Shown: positions 1 to 10,236, counted from the first letter of the stretch. The stretch: DNA of 64,000 nucleotides from Planctomycetaceae bacterium UBA7805 (GCA_002480485.1 DLCF01000158.1:9826-73825); one strand, 5' to 3'. Notes: generated by a model not told the origin, from the letters alone. Numbers and translations are program-made.

Positions 1-1969
1 AAGATCCATCCACTCGGGAACTTGACATGATCTCGTCGGATACCTCTTGGGGACTTTCGCCATCAAGAAAGACTCTCGCCCAAATTTCAAAATTCATCAG
101 CGTCCACAATGCATCAGTGTGATCCCGCTGACCCGTCTGATTCTCCGCCAGGAGTGTTTTCACAAACTGCTCACTCAAAATATTGCGCTGCTTAACTCGA
201 TCACTGGCCAGCACACTCGAAAAAAGGGAACCATGGCTCTCGTGAAGCCATTGCCGGAGTGGAACAGGAAAGCCCATTTTTTCTCTCGTCAGTATGGTTT
301 CGGGTACCAGCTGCTGCATCGCCTTCTTAACAATGTATTTTACTTGCTTACCATGCAGTTTCATCTCGGATGGTACCTGCGTCGAAAATTCAACCATTTT
401 ATGGTCGAGAAACGGCACTCGACTCTCGATCGAAGCAGCCATGCTCATCCGATCCTGTTTCATTAACAATTCCAACAGATAGGTCTTCTGATCAACGTAA
501 AGCAGCTTGTCGAGAGCATCCTTGCTGGAACGACTTTCATAAATTGAGATTACATCCTGGTACGGGTTTTCTTCCTTCACGCGCGAATAAAAATCGGAGC
601 TGAAAAGCGACTCGTGAATGCGGGCAGGAAAAATTGCGTGAAAGTTGTCAAAAATAATCTCCTCCGGGCACACCGAGTGATTAATAAAGGTGTGGGACAT
701 TTTTTTCTTTATCGACAACGGAAGCGGCCATTTCCAGAGCAGTGAACGGATCGCTTTTTCACGTACCCATTGCGGGACAAAACGCTCATAGTGTTTGCCC
801 CAACGTAAATTAAATAGCGTCGCCCAGTAGCGAGAGTAGCCTGCATAAAGTTCGTCACTTCCTTCTCCGGTGAGCACAACCTTTACATGTTCTCGAGCTA
901 ATTCAGCCACATGATAAAGTGCTACACTCGAGGGGTTACGGATTGGTTTATCTTCGTGCCAGACCAATTTTGGAATGGATGTAATGAGATCTTCTGCGCT
1001 TAAAACAACCTCATGATGCTCGGCACCAATGGACGTCGCGACCTCTCGGGCAAAGGAAAATTCACTGAAATACTGCGAGTCAAAGCCAACTGAAAATGTC
1101 TTAAGCGGGTCATCCATTTGCCCAGCCATCGTCGCCGCAATCGCACTTGAGTCCAGACCTCCACTGAGAAACACTCCTAAAGGAACATCGCTCATAAGCC
1201 GCATGCGCACTGTCTCTTCAAATAATTCGGTGAACTGCGTTACCCAATCAGCCTCACTGGCTGCAGAGCATACGGTCGAGATTTCAGGAATATCCCAGTA
1301 CTGTTGCACGCTGAGTCCCTCGGGACTCCAGAACATTCGGTGACCGGGGGGCAACGTCTGGACACCCTCAAATAGTGTCTCTTCCCCTGAAAGGTAGCCG
1401 AAGGTCATGAGCTCAGGTAAACGGCGATCGTTAAGGCGCGGTGTGCACAAGCCCGAGGCAAATAGCGATTTGATTTCAGAGGCACATAGCAGCCGATCAT
1501 CCTGAGCGACATAGTAAAGCGGTTTAATACCTAACTTGTCTCTTGCTGCAAATAATTGCTGCTTTACAGAATCCCAAATCACGAAGGCAAACATGCCTCG
1601 GAACCGATCAACGCAATCAGGACCCCATTCTTCATAGGCATGTACGATGGTTTCCGTGTCGCTATCGGTGCGATATTGATGACCTCGGCCAATTAATTCT
1701 CGCCGCAACTCGAGATGATTATAAATTTCCCCGTTATAGGTCACCCAGATGTGATGGTCCTCATTTGCCATCGGCTGAATGCCGCCGACCAGATCGATAA
1801 TACTCAATCTTCGATGGCCTAGTCCGACATGCAGATCGCCCTTTGAGAATATTTGATGCCCTTGTGCGTCAGGCCCCCGATGCAGTTGCGCATCGGTCAT
1901 TTTACGAAGCGCTGCATCGAGTTGCGGGGAACCAGATGATCGAAGCACAATCGAGGCAATCCCACACAT
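1..1969 (-). CDS. Asparagine synthase (glutamine-hydrolysing) family amidotransferase, C-terminus cut by the window edge
   Basis: Absent from the ORF track because it runs off the left edge. Manual minus-strand translation from ATG (1969..1967) gives MCGIASIVLRSSG...HRGPDAQG...RRLSIIDL...VTYNGEIYNH...GVFLSGGLDSSAIA...VLTGEGSDELYAGY with no stop down to position 2. It has the Cys2 Ntn nucleophile and the SGGLDS PP-loop. The plus-strand ORFs listed for 47..1800 are its shadows. Confidence 0.85.
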   Translation of the reverse strand, partial: MCGIASIVLRSSGSPQLDAALRKMTDAQLHRGPDAQGHQIFSKGDLHVGLGHRRLSIIDLVGGIQPMANEDHHIWVTYNGEIYNHLELRRELIGRGHQYRTDSDTETIVHAYEEWGPDCVDRFRGMFAFVIWDSVKQQLFAARDKLGIKPLYYVAQDDRLLCASEIKSLFASGLCTPRLNDRRLPELMTFGYLSGEETLFEGVQTLPPGHRMFWSPEGLSVQQYWDIPEISTVCSAASEADWVTQFTELFEETVRMRLMSDVPLGVFLSGGLDSSAIAATMAGQMDDPLKTFSVGFDSQYFSEFSFAREVATSIGAEHHEVVLSAEDLITSIPKLVWHEDKPIRNPSSVALYHVAELAREHVKVVLTGEGSDELYAGYSRYWATLFNLRWGKHYERFVPQWVREKAIRSLLWKWPLPLSIKKKMSHTFINHSVCPEEIIFDNFHAIFPARIHESLFSSDFYSRVKEENPYQDVISIYESRSSKDALDKLLYVDQKTYLLELLMKQDRMSMAASIESRVPFLDHKMVEFSTQVPSEMKLHGKQVKYIVKKAMQQLVPETILTREKMGFPVPLRQWLHESHGSLFSSVLASDRVKQRNILSEQFVKTLLAENQTGQRDHTDALWTLMNFEIWARVFLDGESPQEVSDEIMSSSRVDGS

Positions 1970-2104
1970 AAGTTATCCTTCGAACTGAATCTTACCCGTC
2001 GAGAGCAGCGTCGCTCGCCCACACTATCTGTTTTCTTCCAGGGAGTCGGGCCTCCCGCCAAGCCAAGTAGCTGACACAGTCAAGTCAGCCCGCTTTATAG
2101 AGAT

Positions 2105-3964
2105 TTATCCCATCTTCTTGTACCACCATCGTCGGAAAAACAGATATCGCCAAAGAATTTCCGTGCGATCACGGGTTCCGCTCCAGTGCTCCTCGGCCAA
2201 TGATCGAAGTTCCTTATCGCAAAAAATACCAGCAGCACCCATTACAGGATCTGCCAATGCCTCCTCGAGAGCCGGACGTAACTCTTTCCGTAACCAATGT
2301 TCCATCGGCAAAGCGAAGCCCCATTTTCGCTGTGCCGTAACCTCTTTTGGCAACCGCTTTCCGAAAATATTTTTGAGCAATAACTTTGTGATGTTTGCAT
2401 CGATTTTCCAATTTGCGGGCAGGCTATAGGCAAATTCCGCAATTCGATAGTCCAGAAACGGTGCCCTCAGTTCGAGCGAATGTGCCATACTCATTCGATC
2501 GACCTTCACGTTAATGTCGTCCGGTAGATAATAGTGGAGGTCGAAACTCGTATAGGGTCTGAGCGGATCTCTATGTGTGGCCGTTTCAAGGCCCTGACCA
2601 ATTGCATCGTAGGTGGAAAAACTAGGAATTGATTCCAGAAATTCTCGCGACAAAACTTCTCGCGTCTCAAATTCATATGGCCCCACGATAAAATGTTTGT
2701 GATGATCGAGACCAAGAGAGCGGAAATATCGACGTCCCGGTGCATTGCGTGGAAGTAATCGGTGCACTGCTTTACCACCCGCACCGAGCAATGCACGAAT
2801 GGGGCCCGGCAATGTGGTGCGCTCGAGAATCCTCAAATATCGTTCATAGCCGCCAAAACTTTCATCTCCACCGTCCCCCGCAAGGGCAACGGTTACGTGC
2901 TGTCGCGTCATTTCAGAAACATACCAGGTGGGGACGGCCGAAGAATCCCCGAACGGCTCGTCAAACGCCTCTACTAAATCGTCAAGTATCGCAACCGCGG
3001 AAGGATTGACTACCAGTTCATGATGCTCCGTGCCGAAACGATCAGCCACAGCGCGGGCATATTTCTTTTCGCTGTAATCCGATTCGGCAAAATCAATATG
3101 GAAGGTTTTGACCGGGCTGCTGCTATGCTGTGCCATTTGGGCAACAATGATGCTCGAATCCAATCCGCCACTTAAAAATGCGCCCAACGGCACATCGCTG
3201 ATCATCCGCAACTTAACCGAATCCTCAATAAGATGCAGAAGCTCTTCACTCGCATCCTCGCGCGGTCGCTGGGAGTTAATTTCTCCCTCTAATTGCCAAT
3301 AACGATCAATTGTTACGGTTTGCGCATTTCCATCAGCAACCAGTCGTCCGGCTGGCGGAAGTTGACGAACTTCTTTGTAGATGCTCCATGGATGGGGGAT
3401 ATAGCCAAGCGTAAAGAAGTGAAACACCGCCTCGTGATCCAACTCACGGGGCACCGAGTCACAGCTCGTCAGACATTTCAATTCGGATCCAAAGTAGAGT
3501 CCGTCGCGCGTCTGTGCGTAATAGAGCGGCTTTTGGCCTAGCCGGTCACGAACAATCGTGAGTTTCTTTTTCGGCGCATCCCAAACGGCAATGGAAAACA
3601 TGCCATTTAGCTTTTCAACAAAGTCGATCCCATACTCTTCATAAAGGTGAACAATGACTTCCGTATCTCCCTGAGTGGCAAACTTATGCCCCCGGTGAAT
3701 TAAATCACTTCGTAGTGATTGAAAGTTATAAATTTCGCCATTAAATACCGTGCAGATGGTCCGTGCTTCATTAAAGATGGGCTGCGAACCGGTGGCAAGA
3801 TCGATAATACTGAGTCGTCGCATTCCAAGACCGATCGAACCAGAAACAAATATTCCCTGGTCGTCGGGGCCTCGATGAACAATCTGTTGACACATTCGGT
3901 CGACGAGTTCACCGGGAACCGATTGACTTGAAAATAATCTGTAAGCGCCGGTAATACCACACAT
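2105..3964 (-). CDS. Asparagine synthase (glutamine-hydrolysing) family amidotransferase, glycan-locus paralogue
   Basis: 619 aa. Starts MCGITGAY (Cys2 nucleophile). Motifs: HRGPDDQG, RRLSIIDL, FNGEIYNF, PP-loop AFLSGGLDSS, GDGGDESFGGY. Confidence 0.9.
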   Translation of the reverse strand: MCGITGAYRLFSSQSVPGELVDRMCQQIVHRGPDDQGIFVSGSIGLGMRRLSIIDLATGSQPIFNEARTICTVFNGEIYNFQSLRSDLIHRGHKFATQGDTEVIVHLYEEYGIDFVEKLNGMFSIAVWDAPKKKLTIVRDRLGQKPLYYAQTRDGLYFGSELKCLTSCDSVPRELDHEAVFHFFTLGYIPHPWSIYKEVRQLPPAGRLVADGNAQTVTIDRYWQLEGEINSQRPREDASEELLHLIEDSVKLRMISDVPLGAFLSGGLDSSIIVAQMAQHSSSPVKTFHIDFAESDYSEKKYARAVADRFGTEHHELVVNPSAVAILDDLVEAFDEPFGDSSAVPTWYVSEMTRQHVTVALAGDGGDESFGGYERYLRILERTTLPGPIRALLGAGGKAVHRLLPRNAPGRRYFRSLGLDHHKHFIVGPYEFETREVLSREFLESIPSFSTYDAIGQGLETATHRDPLRPYTSFDLHYYLPDDINVKVDRMSMAHSLELRAPFLDYRIAEFAYSLPANWKIDANITKLLLKNIFGKRLPKEVTAQRKWGFALPMEHWLRKELRPALEEALADPVMGAAGIFCDKELRSLAEEHWSGTRDRTEILWRYLFFRRWWYKKMG

Positions 3965-3995
3965 AGACTTCTAAATCTGTCTCCTCATTCAGGCC

Positions 3996-5483
3996 TTACT
4001 TAGCACCCACAGCAAGTTCCCTAAGCAAATCTTGATCACCCGTTTCTGCCTGTTGTTGCGTTGCTTTTGTATCTGAAAGAACGCCGTAATTTACTTGACC
4101 AAATATTTTGGCGTAACAAACTGATAAAATAACAAGCCAATATCCCCACTCAAGATAAAAGAAGTCTCCTACCAGGCACCCCATCAACCACGCTGCAAAT
4201 CCACCTATCAAACACGATCCATAAAAGGCACTGGCAAGGTCACCAATTTTTTTACGAAACCTCATGGTCCTAAATGCACACCACATCCCCGAAGCCACAA
4301 ATCCCAGATGACAAAACAAACCTTGCACGCCCCAGTCGAGGGCCTCATTGATGTAACCCTGGTGTACAGAATTATTATAGTGCAACGCCCCTCTGCTCTG
4401 CATGATCCGCCTAGCTCTCTTGGAATCAAACGTGTCCCCTCCGGTACCGAAGGGGGTCTGCTCTATCATAGTCAACCCGACCTTCCAGAAAAATTTTCGC
4501 GACTCAGACGACGTTGTATCTCTTTTGGCTTCCCGTGTATTTGTATCACTTGTAAATGTCCGCATAAACCGGGCCATAATCTCTGGGTTACCCGCGAGCA
4601 AGATAAAACCAAGCAAACCTAAAGCAACTCCCTGAAGTGCGCGTTTACGAACTCGACCGGAAGCGACAAGAAGAATGGCTATAGCTGAAGCAATAAGGCC
4701 AACAAATCCGCCGCGACTTTGCGTCATCATCATTAATTCGATGGCGAGAAGAATAGCTCCCGTCACGATAATTTTTTCTTTCCATTTAACGAACGCTATA
4801 AATCCTACGTAGATCGGAATCAACGATACGCAGATGTTTGCCAATTCATTTGACTTCGCACAACCCGGTCCACCAAAATTCTCAAGACGCCCCTGTTCCA
4901 TCGTAAAATGACCGAGGACCCTCGCTTCGAAACCCCAATAAAATAGCCCCAATGCAAAAAACCAATTCAAGAGCATAAAGTCTTTTCTAGATTGAATGGC
5001 TTTCTGCATCACGAAGTAAAGAATCACAAATTTCGCCATCTCAACATAAATAGGCCAACTTTTTCCGGCTTGCGGTGCAAACACGTAATGCACAATCAAT
5101 CCGTTAATTGCCAGCAGAATGGCAAAAATTGAAACTCGCTTGATGTTTCGATCAGCGCGAAAATCTGTCTCTTGCCCATTGAGAAACACACTTCCCAACA
5201 TGACCAAGGCAGAGAGAAGACTCCATCGCATGCCACCAGGCAAAACGCTGCCCCACGACCAATATTGAGGCTGCATAAAGAAATTAAGAAGGTAATACCC
5301 AACACTCCAAATAGACCGACTCGTTGCCTTGTACAGTAAATAACCGGAAAGGACAAAATAGAGCGCGAGTGTTAGCAGAGAAGTCACCGCAGATCTCTTT
5401 GTTAATTTGTGACTTTTGTCATCACATTCACTAGCCGAGAGGTAAGATTCTGACTGTCGAATGCATGGATAGCCCGATCCCAA
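3996..5483 (-). CDS. O-antigen ligase / Wzy_C-family polytopic membrane protein
   Basis: 495-aa ORF with about 10-12 hydrophobic segments. Carries the family-typical loop ...MMMTQSRGGFVGLIASAIAILL... The first 82 nt overlap the upstream gene. An in-frame GTG at 5387 (12 nt after that gene's stop, preceded by AAAGAG) is a plausible true start. Confidence 0.75.
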   Translation of the reverse strand: MGSGYPCIRQSESYLSASECDDKSHKLTKRSAVTSLLTLALYFVLSGYLLYKATSRSIWSVGYYLLNFFMQPQYWSWGSVLPGGMRWSLLSALVMLGSVFLNGQETDFRADRNIKRVSIFAILLAINGLIVHYVFAPQAGKSWPIYVEMAKFVILYFVMQKAIQSRKDFMLLNWFFALGLFYWGFEARVLGHFTMEQGRLENFGGPGCAKSNELANICVSLIPIYVGFIAFVKWKEKIIVTGAILLAIELMMMTQSRGGFVGLIASAIAILLVASGRVRKRALQGVALGLLGFILLAGNPEIMARFMRTFTSDTNTREAKRDTTSSESRKFFWKVGLTMIEQTPFGTGGDTFDSKRARRIMQSRGALHYNNSVHQGYINEALDWGVQGLFCHLGFVASGMWCAFRTMRFRKKIGDLASAFYGSCLIGGFAAWLMGCLVGDFFYLEWGYWLVILSVCYAKIFGQVNYGVLSDTKATQQQAETGDQDLLRELAVGAK

Positions 5484-6832
5484 TCACCTTGGATCGATCG
5501 ACATTTCACTTGTGAATCAAGCGAGCGAATCGCATCGGCAATCTTTAAGGGATCCATGGGGTCAGCAATGAAACCGATCCCAAAATCTTTGATCACATCC
5601 GCTGTTGCTCCGTCTTTCGTAATCACAAGAATTGGTTTCTTAAATATCAGCATTTCGTACAATTTAGCGGGAACCTGCAAAGTCGACATAGGTTGAATTA
5701 CAACCAAAACATCAGATTTTGCCATTTGCTTGAGCGTTTCTTCGTGGCTTAGACGACCACGGAGGTGAACCTCGGGCAGTTCCCATTTTATCAATCGCTC
5801 TGCGAGATCGGGCGGATGGTCAACCAGACCAATCTGCTCGAACTGTATTTGAGCTCCTGATTGCTTAAGGTGTCGAATCGCTTCGATCATCGGCATCAAA
5901 CTACGATGCCAATAAATACTTCCCGGGTGGCAAAGCGTGAGAGCTGCATCGTCTCTGCGTGGGGGGGCAACCGATAAATAATCGGCCACCGGTTTGATGA
6001 TCTGGTCATCCACCCCATTTGGAATAGCCACGAATTTATGCGCCCACCGGCGTGGATAATTATCAATGAAGTTCTGTCGGAGTCGTTCCGTATTGAGGAT
6101 CACGGAAGCAGCAAAACGCACGCAAATTCGTTCGATTTTTTTCTGCATCCACATTCTGATCCTATAGTCTTCTGTCCCAAGCCATTCGTCGCTCGCCCAA
6201 GGGTCTCGTAAATCCAGGATCAAAGGAACGCGCGTCAACCAGTGAATGCCTAATCCGGCCAAGTGGGCGCTGTGAGGTGGGCCGGACGAAATAATTACCT
6301 TCGGGCGATGCTGTCGTACTAAGCGACAACCGGCAAGAACGGCAGGGCCGACCCAATTCACACAATTATCGGGTGTAAAAAAAAGGACGTCACGAACACT
6401 CCGTAACCAGTCTTTGATAGTGGCGATCGCAGTGCGGGGGGCACTCCGAGTTTCCGAATCACTTGCCAGATGGGACGTCGCTGATTTCGTCACCTGTTGG
6501 TTATTTACCGCATCGCCTCCCACCGCCGATCGAATCGATCGCCTCATAGCTTTAAGCCACTCAACAAAGCGATCCAAAGGACGCCAAACCCCCACACGCT
6601 TCACAATCGCGTTAGCGGGAATACGACTGCACAATGCATGGTCCACAGGATGGTCGTTGGCGGCGTCTGGCTCCATTGCAACAACCATCCCCTCCCAACC
6701 GAATGCGGGCAGATGATGCATAAAACGCAATGTGCGATAGATTCCGACCGCAGCGATCGGGGGAAATGTATGTGCCACAAACAGGCAACGGTTCACCGCA
6801 GGTTCTTTGTGATCACATTGATTTTCAGACAT
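5402..6832 (-). CDS. GT-B fold glycosyltransferase (GT4-like)
   Basis: 476 aa. N-terminal VAHTFPP...G motif and a C-terminal Rossmann half (DVLVVIQPMS...AKLYEMLIFKKPILV) typical of GT-B enzymes. Sits inside the glycan locus. Confidence 0.7.
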   Translation of the reverse strand: MSENQCDHKEPAVNRCLFVAHTFPPIAAVGIYRTLRFMHHLPAFGWEGMVVAMEPDAANDHPVDHALCSRIPANAIVKRVGVWRPLDRFVEWLKAMRRSIRSAVGGDAVNNQQVTKSATSHLASDSETRSAPRTAIATIKDWLRSVRDVLFFTPDNCVNWVGPAVLAGCRLVRQHRPKVIISSGPPHSAHLAGLGIHWLTRVPLILDLRDPWASDEWLGTEDYRIRMWMQKKIERICVRFAASVILNTERLRQNFIDNYPRRWAHKFVAIPNGVDDQIIKPVADYLSVAPPRRDDAALTLCHPGSIYWHRSLMPMIEAIRHLKQSGAQIQFEQIGLVDHPPDLAERLIKWELPEVHLRGRLSHEETLKQMAKSDVLVVIQPMSTLQVPAKLYEMLIFKKPILVITKDGATADVIKDFGIGFIADPMDPLKIADAIRSLDSQVKCRSIQGDWDRAIHAFDSQNLTSRLVNVMTKVTN

Positions 6833-6936
6833 TTCAGGACGTCCTGCAGATCCGGCGAATTGGCCTCACCGATTTTCCAATGGAATCCATTGAAAACCTC
6901 CAACCTCTTCACGGCAGCAACTTGCTAATATTTGTG

Positions 6937-8226
6937 TCAGGCAGGGGCAGCTACGGCCGACCACTCAGACTCCAAAAATATTTTCTGTGCCTTTTTTGGG
7001 TGTTTGCCTGTCCCAAATACATCGGCAGGAACAATTTCAAAATCGACTGCCCGTTCAATGAAGTCGACCGCCTTCAGGTTGTAGCCGCTACGCAGCTCAA
7101 TAGATACCGCATAAATACCCGGATGTAAGTTCAGTCGTGGCAAACGGCAATCAACGACGTACCGCTGGCCGGGGAAAAGGTCAAAGGTGGTATCTCCCTG
7201 ATCACTTCCATGAATGATCGTAATCAAATCGCCACGAGCGTCCGAAATAATAAAATTGACAAACGTGCCTCTTAACTCTTGCTCTGCCCGTAAAACGGTA
7301 TGGAAGTGGATGCCGTCCCCCATGCCCAGTTTAGCCAAAGAGTCACCAGTAAGCGTTCGAAGTTCGATGTGTTCGAACTCCGCCTTGCCGGTGCCAACAC
7401 GTGTAATGGTCGGATCTGTAAGGTCTCGTGTCCCAGTCGTGGTGCCAAGTCGAGAAAGATATGTCGATACCACGTCTCGACTCGTAGAATCCATCAGCAG
7501 TTTGCCATGATCTAGCAAAATAGCGCGCGGGCAAAGATTTTCGACCGCTGCCATATTGTGGCTTACGAACAAGACTGTGCGACCCGATTGGGCGACTTCG
7601 TCCATTTTGCCCAAGCATTTTCTCTGAAATTCCGCATCCCCGACCGCAAGCACCTCATCAATCAACAGGATCTCCAGATCAAGGTGCGCGGCAACTGCAA
7701 ACCCGAGTCGTACTTTCATTCCACTTGAGTATCGTTTCACCGGGGTTTCAATAAATTTTTCAATTCCCGCGAATTCCACAATCTGATCAAATTGAGATTT
7801 TATCTCCGAGCGAGTCATGCCCAGGATGGAACCGTTGAGAAAAATGTTTTCGCGGCCCGTCAACTCAGGATGAAAACCAGTGCCCACTTCCAGCAAACTT
7901 CCGACCCGACCGCGCAAATCAGCACGCCCCTTGGTTGGCGTCGTTATCTGGGTAAGAATTTTTAGAATGGTGGACTTACCGGCCCCATTGGCCCCTACGA
8001 TCGCCAACGCATCTCCTTCATTGACATCAAAGCTGACATCGCTGAGTGACCAAAAATCCTCGACTCGACCGAGTGCAGCGCCACTGCGGAGGTTACGGAT
8101 TGGCGCTTTCACAGCGTCCATTAGAACGTCGCGTAACATTCTATAGCGAGGATCGTTGCCACTGGCCGATTTCTGCCCGATCCGGTAGCACTTGGAAATG
8201 TTTTCTACTTTTATTCGAGGAGCCAT
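6937..8226 (-). CDS. wzt: Polysaccharide/O-antigen ABC exporter ATP-binding protein (Wzt/TagH-like) with C-terminal beta-sandwich extension
   Basis: Walker A GANGAGKST, signature YSSGMKVRLGFA, Walker B ILLIDEVLAVGD, H-loop VSHN. An extra ~165 aa C-terminal domain (about 6937..7434) resembles Wzt_C glycan-binding modules. Confidence 0.9.
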   Translation of the reverse strand: MAPRIKVENISKCYRIGQKSASGNDPRYRMLRDVLMDAVKAPIRNLRSGAALGRVEDFWSLSDVSFDVNEGDALAIVGANGAGKSTILKILTQITTPTKGRADLRGRVGSLLEVGTGFHPELTGRENIFLNGSILGMTRSEIKSQFDQIVEFAGIEKFIETPVKRYSSGMKVRLGFAVAAHLDLEILLIDEVLAVGDAEFQRKCLGKMDEVAQSGRTVLFVSHNMAAVENLCPRAILLDHGKLLMDSTSRDVVSTYLSRLGTTTGTRDLTDPTITRVGTGKAEFEHIELRTLTGDSLAKLGMGDGIHFHTVLRAEQELRGTFVNFIISDARGDLITIIHGSDQGDTTFDLFPGQRYVVDCRLPRLNLHPGIYAVSIELRSGYNLKAVDFIERAVDFEIVPADVFGTGKHPKKAQKIFLESEWSAVAAPA

Positions 8227-8259
8227 AATTAGGCCAACACATCACTAATAGGTGTCATG

Positions 8260-9312
8260 TCAAATGATATCTGCAAATTTCGGCTCAAGCCGGTAAAAAT
8301 ACATACAGCCACAAATGAAACCGATCACGACCATGAGCGTCGAGTAACCAAGTTCCCGCCATGGAAGTGCGTGCCCGAGCAATGCTGAGCGAAAACTGGC
8401 AATCAGGCCATTCATCGGGTTCAACTGCAAAGCTTTCTTGACGTAGCCCCAGATCCCCAACTCTGCGTTTGCATCGGTATCTGCTTCATCCTGATTTGCA
8501 GTTTTCTCTTCCGCCATCCCTTTTACGCTAGCCTCACTCTTGTCTTGCTGTGCGACAGCCGGAGCAGCTGCATCCGCTGATGGTTCATTGATCGACATAT
8601 AGATTGCGGGCGTAGAGAACATCCAAAGTTGGACCAAAAAAGGAATCGTGTGCTTGAAGTCACGATAGGCGACATTGAGAGCGGCAAGCATCGTACCGAC
8701 TCCAAGTGCCAATAAAATGGTAAGGAGTAGGATCGGGAACACCATAAACATGATGGGTCCCACATGCACTCCTGATGTGTCAACGGCCGAAAAATTTATG
8801 TAAAACACCATGACCATCAACAGCACACTGAAAGAGACAAAAAAATCAAACAGCGCCGAACCCACAGATGCAAACGGGATCGTCAGTCTCGGCACATAGA
8901 CTTTCGTGACCAGCGGCGAGGACATCAACAGACTGTTTCCGGCCTGAGCAATTGCAACCGCATAAAAGTTCCAGAGGATCAGGGCCGAGAAGGAGAAGAG
9001 TGGGTACGGAATGCCGTCGGTCGGAACCTTCGCCATTTTGCCGAAAATGATGGTGAACACGACCATGTAAAGTGTGGGCTGTATCACAGCCCAAGCAATC
9101 CCCAGTAGAGATTGCTTATAACGGATCTTTACATCTCGCCATGTGAGAAAAAACAGAAGTTCTCGGTAACGCCATAGCTCACCTACGTTAATAAACGCCC
9201 AACCAGAGCGAGGTCGGATGACCGTGCCACGATCCCCGCGGGCGGAACCGGGCAGGACAGCCTCAGCCCGCGCAACATGCGAGTCCGTATCATCCATTAG
9301 CGTATCACTCAT
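8260..9312 (-). CDS. wzm: ABC-2 type polysaccharide exporter permease (Wzm/TagG-like)
   Basis: Motifs LWRYRELLFFLTWRDVKIRYKQSLLGIAWAVIQP and ...LNPMNGLI...R are classic ABC-2 Wzm signatures. Six hydrophobic segments. Its start overlaps the stop of the upstream gene as ATGA (9309..9312). Confidence 0.9.
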   Translation of the reverse strand: MSDTLMDDTDSHVARAEAVLPGSARGDRGTVIRPRSGWAFINVGELWRYRELLFFLTWRDVKIRYKQSLLGIAWAVIQPTLYMVVFTIIFGKMAKVPTDGIPYPLFSFSALILWNFYAVAIAQAGNSLLMSSPLVTKVYVPRLTIPFASVGSALFDFFVSFSVLLMVMVFYINFSAVDTSGVHVGPIMFMVFPILLLTILLALGVGTMLAALNVAYRDFKHTIPFLVQLWMFSTPAIYMSINEPSADAAAPAVAQQDKSEASVKGMAEEKTANQDEADTDANAELGIWGYVKKALQLNPMNGLIASFRSALLGHALPWRELGYSTLMVVIGFICGCMYFYRLEPKFADII

Positions 9313-10190
9313 TCGTCACCACTCCCATTCGCACATGTATAGTCGGCTATGACGAGGTCAGCGCGCCCGAATTTAAATCGGTTTAGTAGCATCCGGAGCT
9401 TTACCTCGGTGCTGTGAAGGTTCACGTAATGTCTCATTTTCGACATCGCTGAGGGTCCGGACAAGCGGGGCTGCTGCGGGTCTACTTCCCATGGATGAAT
9501 ATAGAACATAAACGGGTGTTTTGTGCGTTTATTCACCTGCGACAAGCAATATTGCGTGAAGGCAAACGGATAGAGGCGAAAGTATCCCCCTCCAGATACA
9601 GGCAAATTACACCAACCGAGCTTGAAGATCGTCGGTGGAAACTCAGTCAGCCGACCCGAAGGTGTATCTTGAAAATGAATGTCGGGCCGTGCACCCGCAA
9701 TACCGTAACGATCGTGATAAACGGGAAAAACCGACGAATCAATCGTAAAGCCCTCTTCCGCGAGAATCTCAAGTGCCCAAAGTGACTTTTGTGTGATGGA
9801 GAAACTGGGAGCACGATACGAACGGATTCGCACTCCGAGCAGATCCTGAAGTACATCTCTGGAGCGTTTCAGATCTTCCCGAAACTCTTCCGGTGACTGT
9901 GAGTAAATCAGGCGATGCCAATAACTATGCGATCCAATTTCGTGCCCCCTTGAGTGCAGCTCGCTGACCAAATCAGGAAATCTTTCTGCAACCCATCCCA
10001 AAATGAAGAAAGTACCATGAACACCACTTTCGTCCAGGAGATCTGCGATCCGCAGGGTATTCGCAACAACGCGACTTTCAAATTCAGGCCATCGCTCCCG
10101 AGCAACGCTCGATTCGAAGGCTGAGACTTGAAAGTAATCCTCAACATCGACCGTAAAGGCGTTGAGCATGGGGTCTGGAGACAATTCCAT
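9309..10190 (-). CDS. Polysaccharide deacetylase (NodB fold, PEP-CTERM/EPS-locus subtype with DUF3473-like C-terminus)
   Basis: 293 aa. N-terminus NAFTVDVEDYFQVSAFES, plus HGTFFILGW and HEIGSHSYWH (His metal ligands), are characteristic of the EPS-locus deacetylase subfamily. Confidence 0.85.
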   Translation of the reverse strand: MELSPDPMLNAFTVDVEDYFQVSAFESSVARERWPEFESRVVANTLRIADLLDESGVHGTFFILGWVAERFPDLVSELHSRGHEIGSHSYWHRLIYSQSPEEFREDLKRSRDVLQDLLGVRIRSYRAPSFSITQKSLWALEILAEEGFTIDSSVFPVYHDRYGIAGARPDIHFQDTPSGRLTEFPPTIFKLGWCNLPVSGGGYFRLYPFAFTQYCLSQVNKRTKHPFMFYIHPWEVDPQQPRLSGPSAMSKMRHYVNLHSTEVKLRMLLNRFKFGRADLVIADYTCANGSGDE

Positions 10191-10236
10191 GAGCGGCAGC
10201 CATCTTTAAGTTGGGGACGATCCAATTGATCCCGAA

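Noticed and set aside
47-1800. Plus-strand ORFs listed in the track (47..466, 294..482, 370..603, 1029..1343, 1543..1800)
   Set aside because: They lie antisense to a continuous minus-strand AsnB-family reading frame (1..1969) that has clear catalytic motifs. Their translations are Arg/Ser/Cys-rich and match no family. They are shadow ORFs.
5402-5483. The 82-nt overlap between the GT and the ligase-like gene as a programmed frameshift or fusion
   Set aside because: The two genes are in different frames with an ordinary stop at 5402. An in-frame GTG at 5387 with a weak SD removes the overlap, so this is most likely a start-codon calling issue.
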